DNA of 63,068 nt, the filler included, from Collodictyon triciliatum (Eukaryota), in NCBI GenBank assembly GCA_043381765.1. It is 31 parts of 31 records of this genome, joined end to end, with 100 filler letters (N's around TTAATTAATTAA, not from the genome) between each part and the next. Parts side by side here need not be neighbours in the genome. Positions count along the whole stretch, not along the records: positions 61,138 to 63,068 come from JBHJMP010009885.1; 30 more parts are not named here. One strand, 5' to 3'. Positions 61,138 to 63,068 of the stretch are shown piece by piece; within the stretch, counting starts at the first letter, position 1; each line of letters starts with the position of its first letter. Position numbers and translations under genes: made by a program. Below the pieces are notes generated by a model, which saw only the letters and a list, made by a program, of their open reading frames with translations, had not been told where the DNA came from and did no database searches.

Positions 61138-63043
61138 TTGCTGGTTGGAACTCCGTTTCATCTAAATTTTCTTCATTCATAAAGTTTAATATCATGGCGT
61201 CTATCTCATTTAATTTTTCTTCTGTACTATCAATATTTGGAGCCAGTGCTTGTAATGCATATTTTTGAAATTCCCAATATTGTTCAGTGATTTTATTTTC
61301 TAATAAATCTTCATGCAAATTGTAGGATTGTATTAACATAGCATACTCTTCGACCTGATTATCCAATAAATCAAAATTAAAGTTTTCTGCAATTATAATA
61401 TCTGATTCATCCATATCATACTGATCTCTGCGACTTGCTCTTTTATTAAGAAATTCATCTACCTCATCTCTTGCTCTGCTTGCTTGTTCTCTTGTTTGTA
61501 GCTGTGCTTCTCTTGCTTGTTCTTTTGCCAACGTGATAACTCTTTTAATATAAAACAATTGAGCATATGTTAGCATTTGTGGATCTACCCCTTCGGGAAT
61601 AACCAGTCCTGCTTCTACAACGCTTTGCAATGCCTGATTTCTTTCTGTAAGCAATTTTCTTATTTTATCGAGTTCTTCATCAGTTTTTGCTTGATCTTTT
61701 AGTCCATGATTTCTTAATTGTTTTCTAGTAGCTTCTTGTTCAGCTCGAATTTTTTCCTGTCTTTCTTCCTCTTGTTTTTTTCTTTTATCGCGCTCCTCTT
61801 GTCTTAGATTACGTTCTTTATCTTGTTTTCTACGCTCAACTTCTTCATTAATTAATTCTTCTTCAGCTATTCTTTGAATGAGAATTCGTTTAGCATTTGT
61901 ACGATCATCGCGAGTTTGTTCTCCACCTGGTAAATCATCATTGACCCAAATACCAACTAAAATATCATACACTTCTTTTGTAAAATATTTAATAAGAAAA
62001 GCATCTAAAACTTCAAACGCAGGAGTTCCTGTCCCCCAAGTATTTTCGGTTGCATCAGGTGGCATTACAGCCGGCGGTAAATCTGTTTTTGCTAAAAGTA
62101 AATTTCTTTTTGAAAGTTCTTTTAATAAATCGTTTGCCAAAGCATGTATATGAGTAGCTCTTGGTTGCTTTTTGTATGTACTAGCACGGTAGCACTGTAT
62201 ATTAAATACTTCTGTCCGTTTTAAATTGGGATATCTTTGTGATACTATTGCAGCTCTTGAATTAATTTGATCCGTGGTTATAACAATTTCTGGTTCAGGC
62301 TCCTGTTGTATTTCACTTTCAAGATCTATTACTTCTTCATCATCGGGCTTTCTAATTATTCTAGCGTCTCCTACTTCTCCAGTTAAATCATCATTACCTG
62401 GTTGAAATTTTATATCCTGCGGTTGCTCTAGTACAGGTGCCTCCCATGGTTCAACCGCGTATAAGTATGCTAATGGAGTATAATAATTTTGCATATCATT
62501 ATACGGTTTTGATGTACCCCAAATTCTTGCAAAATAATCTTCCTTAACAATATTTGATGTACCGGATAATATCATATTCACTTCATAGTTGGCTCTTTCA
62601 AAAATTCTATTTTCGTCTCCCCCCTCTGCATAAATGAATTTAAATCTTTGTCTTGCTATTTGATTAATTAAATACCCATATTGTGTTGCAGTTGTAATAT
62701 TTGCTTTTGCAAAATAAGGATATCTAGTTAAAGCCGTAACTTTTACAACTTCAGCAGGGGTTTGTTTTTTGGTATAATACATGTTTACAATTTGCTTTCG
62801 TGCAGCTGTAATATTTGCATCTCTAGAACCCTCTTTAGGCGTTTGTCGTAAAATGTCTTCATTAATCTCGTCGACTTCATTTTTGGACGGAGTAAGTGAG
62901 GGATTAAAAACAGGTTGAAAGTCTGAGGCTGATTCAGCTTGAACGGGTTGCTCTGTTTGGGTTGATTCCGGTGAAGTACTTCTTTCAGCTTCTGCTTGTT
63001 GTGCCGATTTTTTTTGTTGTCCATATATTTTAATTCGTTTCAA
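61138..63043 (-). CDS. Long intronless hypothetical protein (>635 aa, 3' truncated) with a central charged coiled coil
   Basis: Uninterrupted AT-rich ORF filling the whole contig; no SSRs or introns; no family recognised. Confidence 0.75.
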
Positions 63044-63068
63044 TAAATTTTGAGCACCCCCGGGTGTA

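Overview
This window is not one continuous locus. It is about 31 unrelated ~1.93-1.94 kb contigs joined by an artificial N44-TTAATTAATTAA-N44 spacer, and most contigs end in microsatellites, so gene order across spacers means nothing. The source is an intron-rich, SSR-rich eukaryote, probably a flagellated protist. Recognisable gene fragments include axonemal dynein heavy chain, frataxin, peroxisomal acyl-CoA oxidase, TrpA, Cu/Zn-SOD, HBS1-like GTPase, SPF30, ARF-like GTPase, GPAT, a kinase, a sulfotransferase and WD40/NHL/FG-GAP propellers. The main discovery is a multi-copy Fanzor1-like (eukaryotic TnpB-derived, RNA-guided RuvC nuclease) transposon family, present as four decayed or partial copies on four different contigs. 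All four keep a ~120-nt 3' module that folds into three hairpins with compensatory and G-U-tolerant substitutions (candidate omegaRNA scaffold). All four end at the same position, with a Helitron-like hairpin plus CTAG|T consensus, followed by unrelated flanks (candidate guides). Two copies are interrupted by non-LTR retrotransposon insertions, two of which have visible target-site duplications. The window also holds a frameshifted virus-like primase/D5-helicase (endogenous viral element) and a long intronless orphan ORF. All calls come from reading the sequence; no database search was run.
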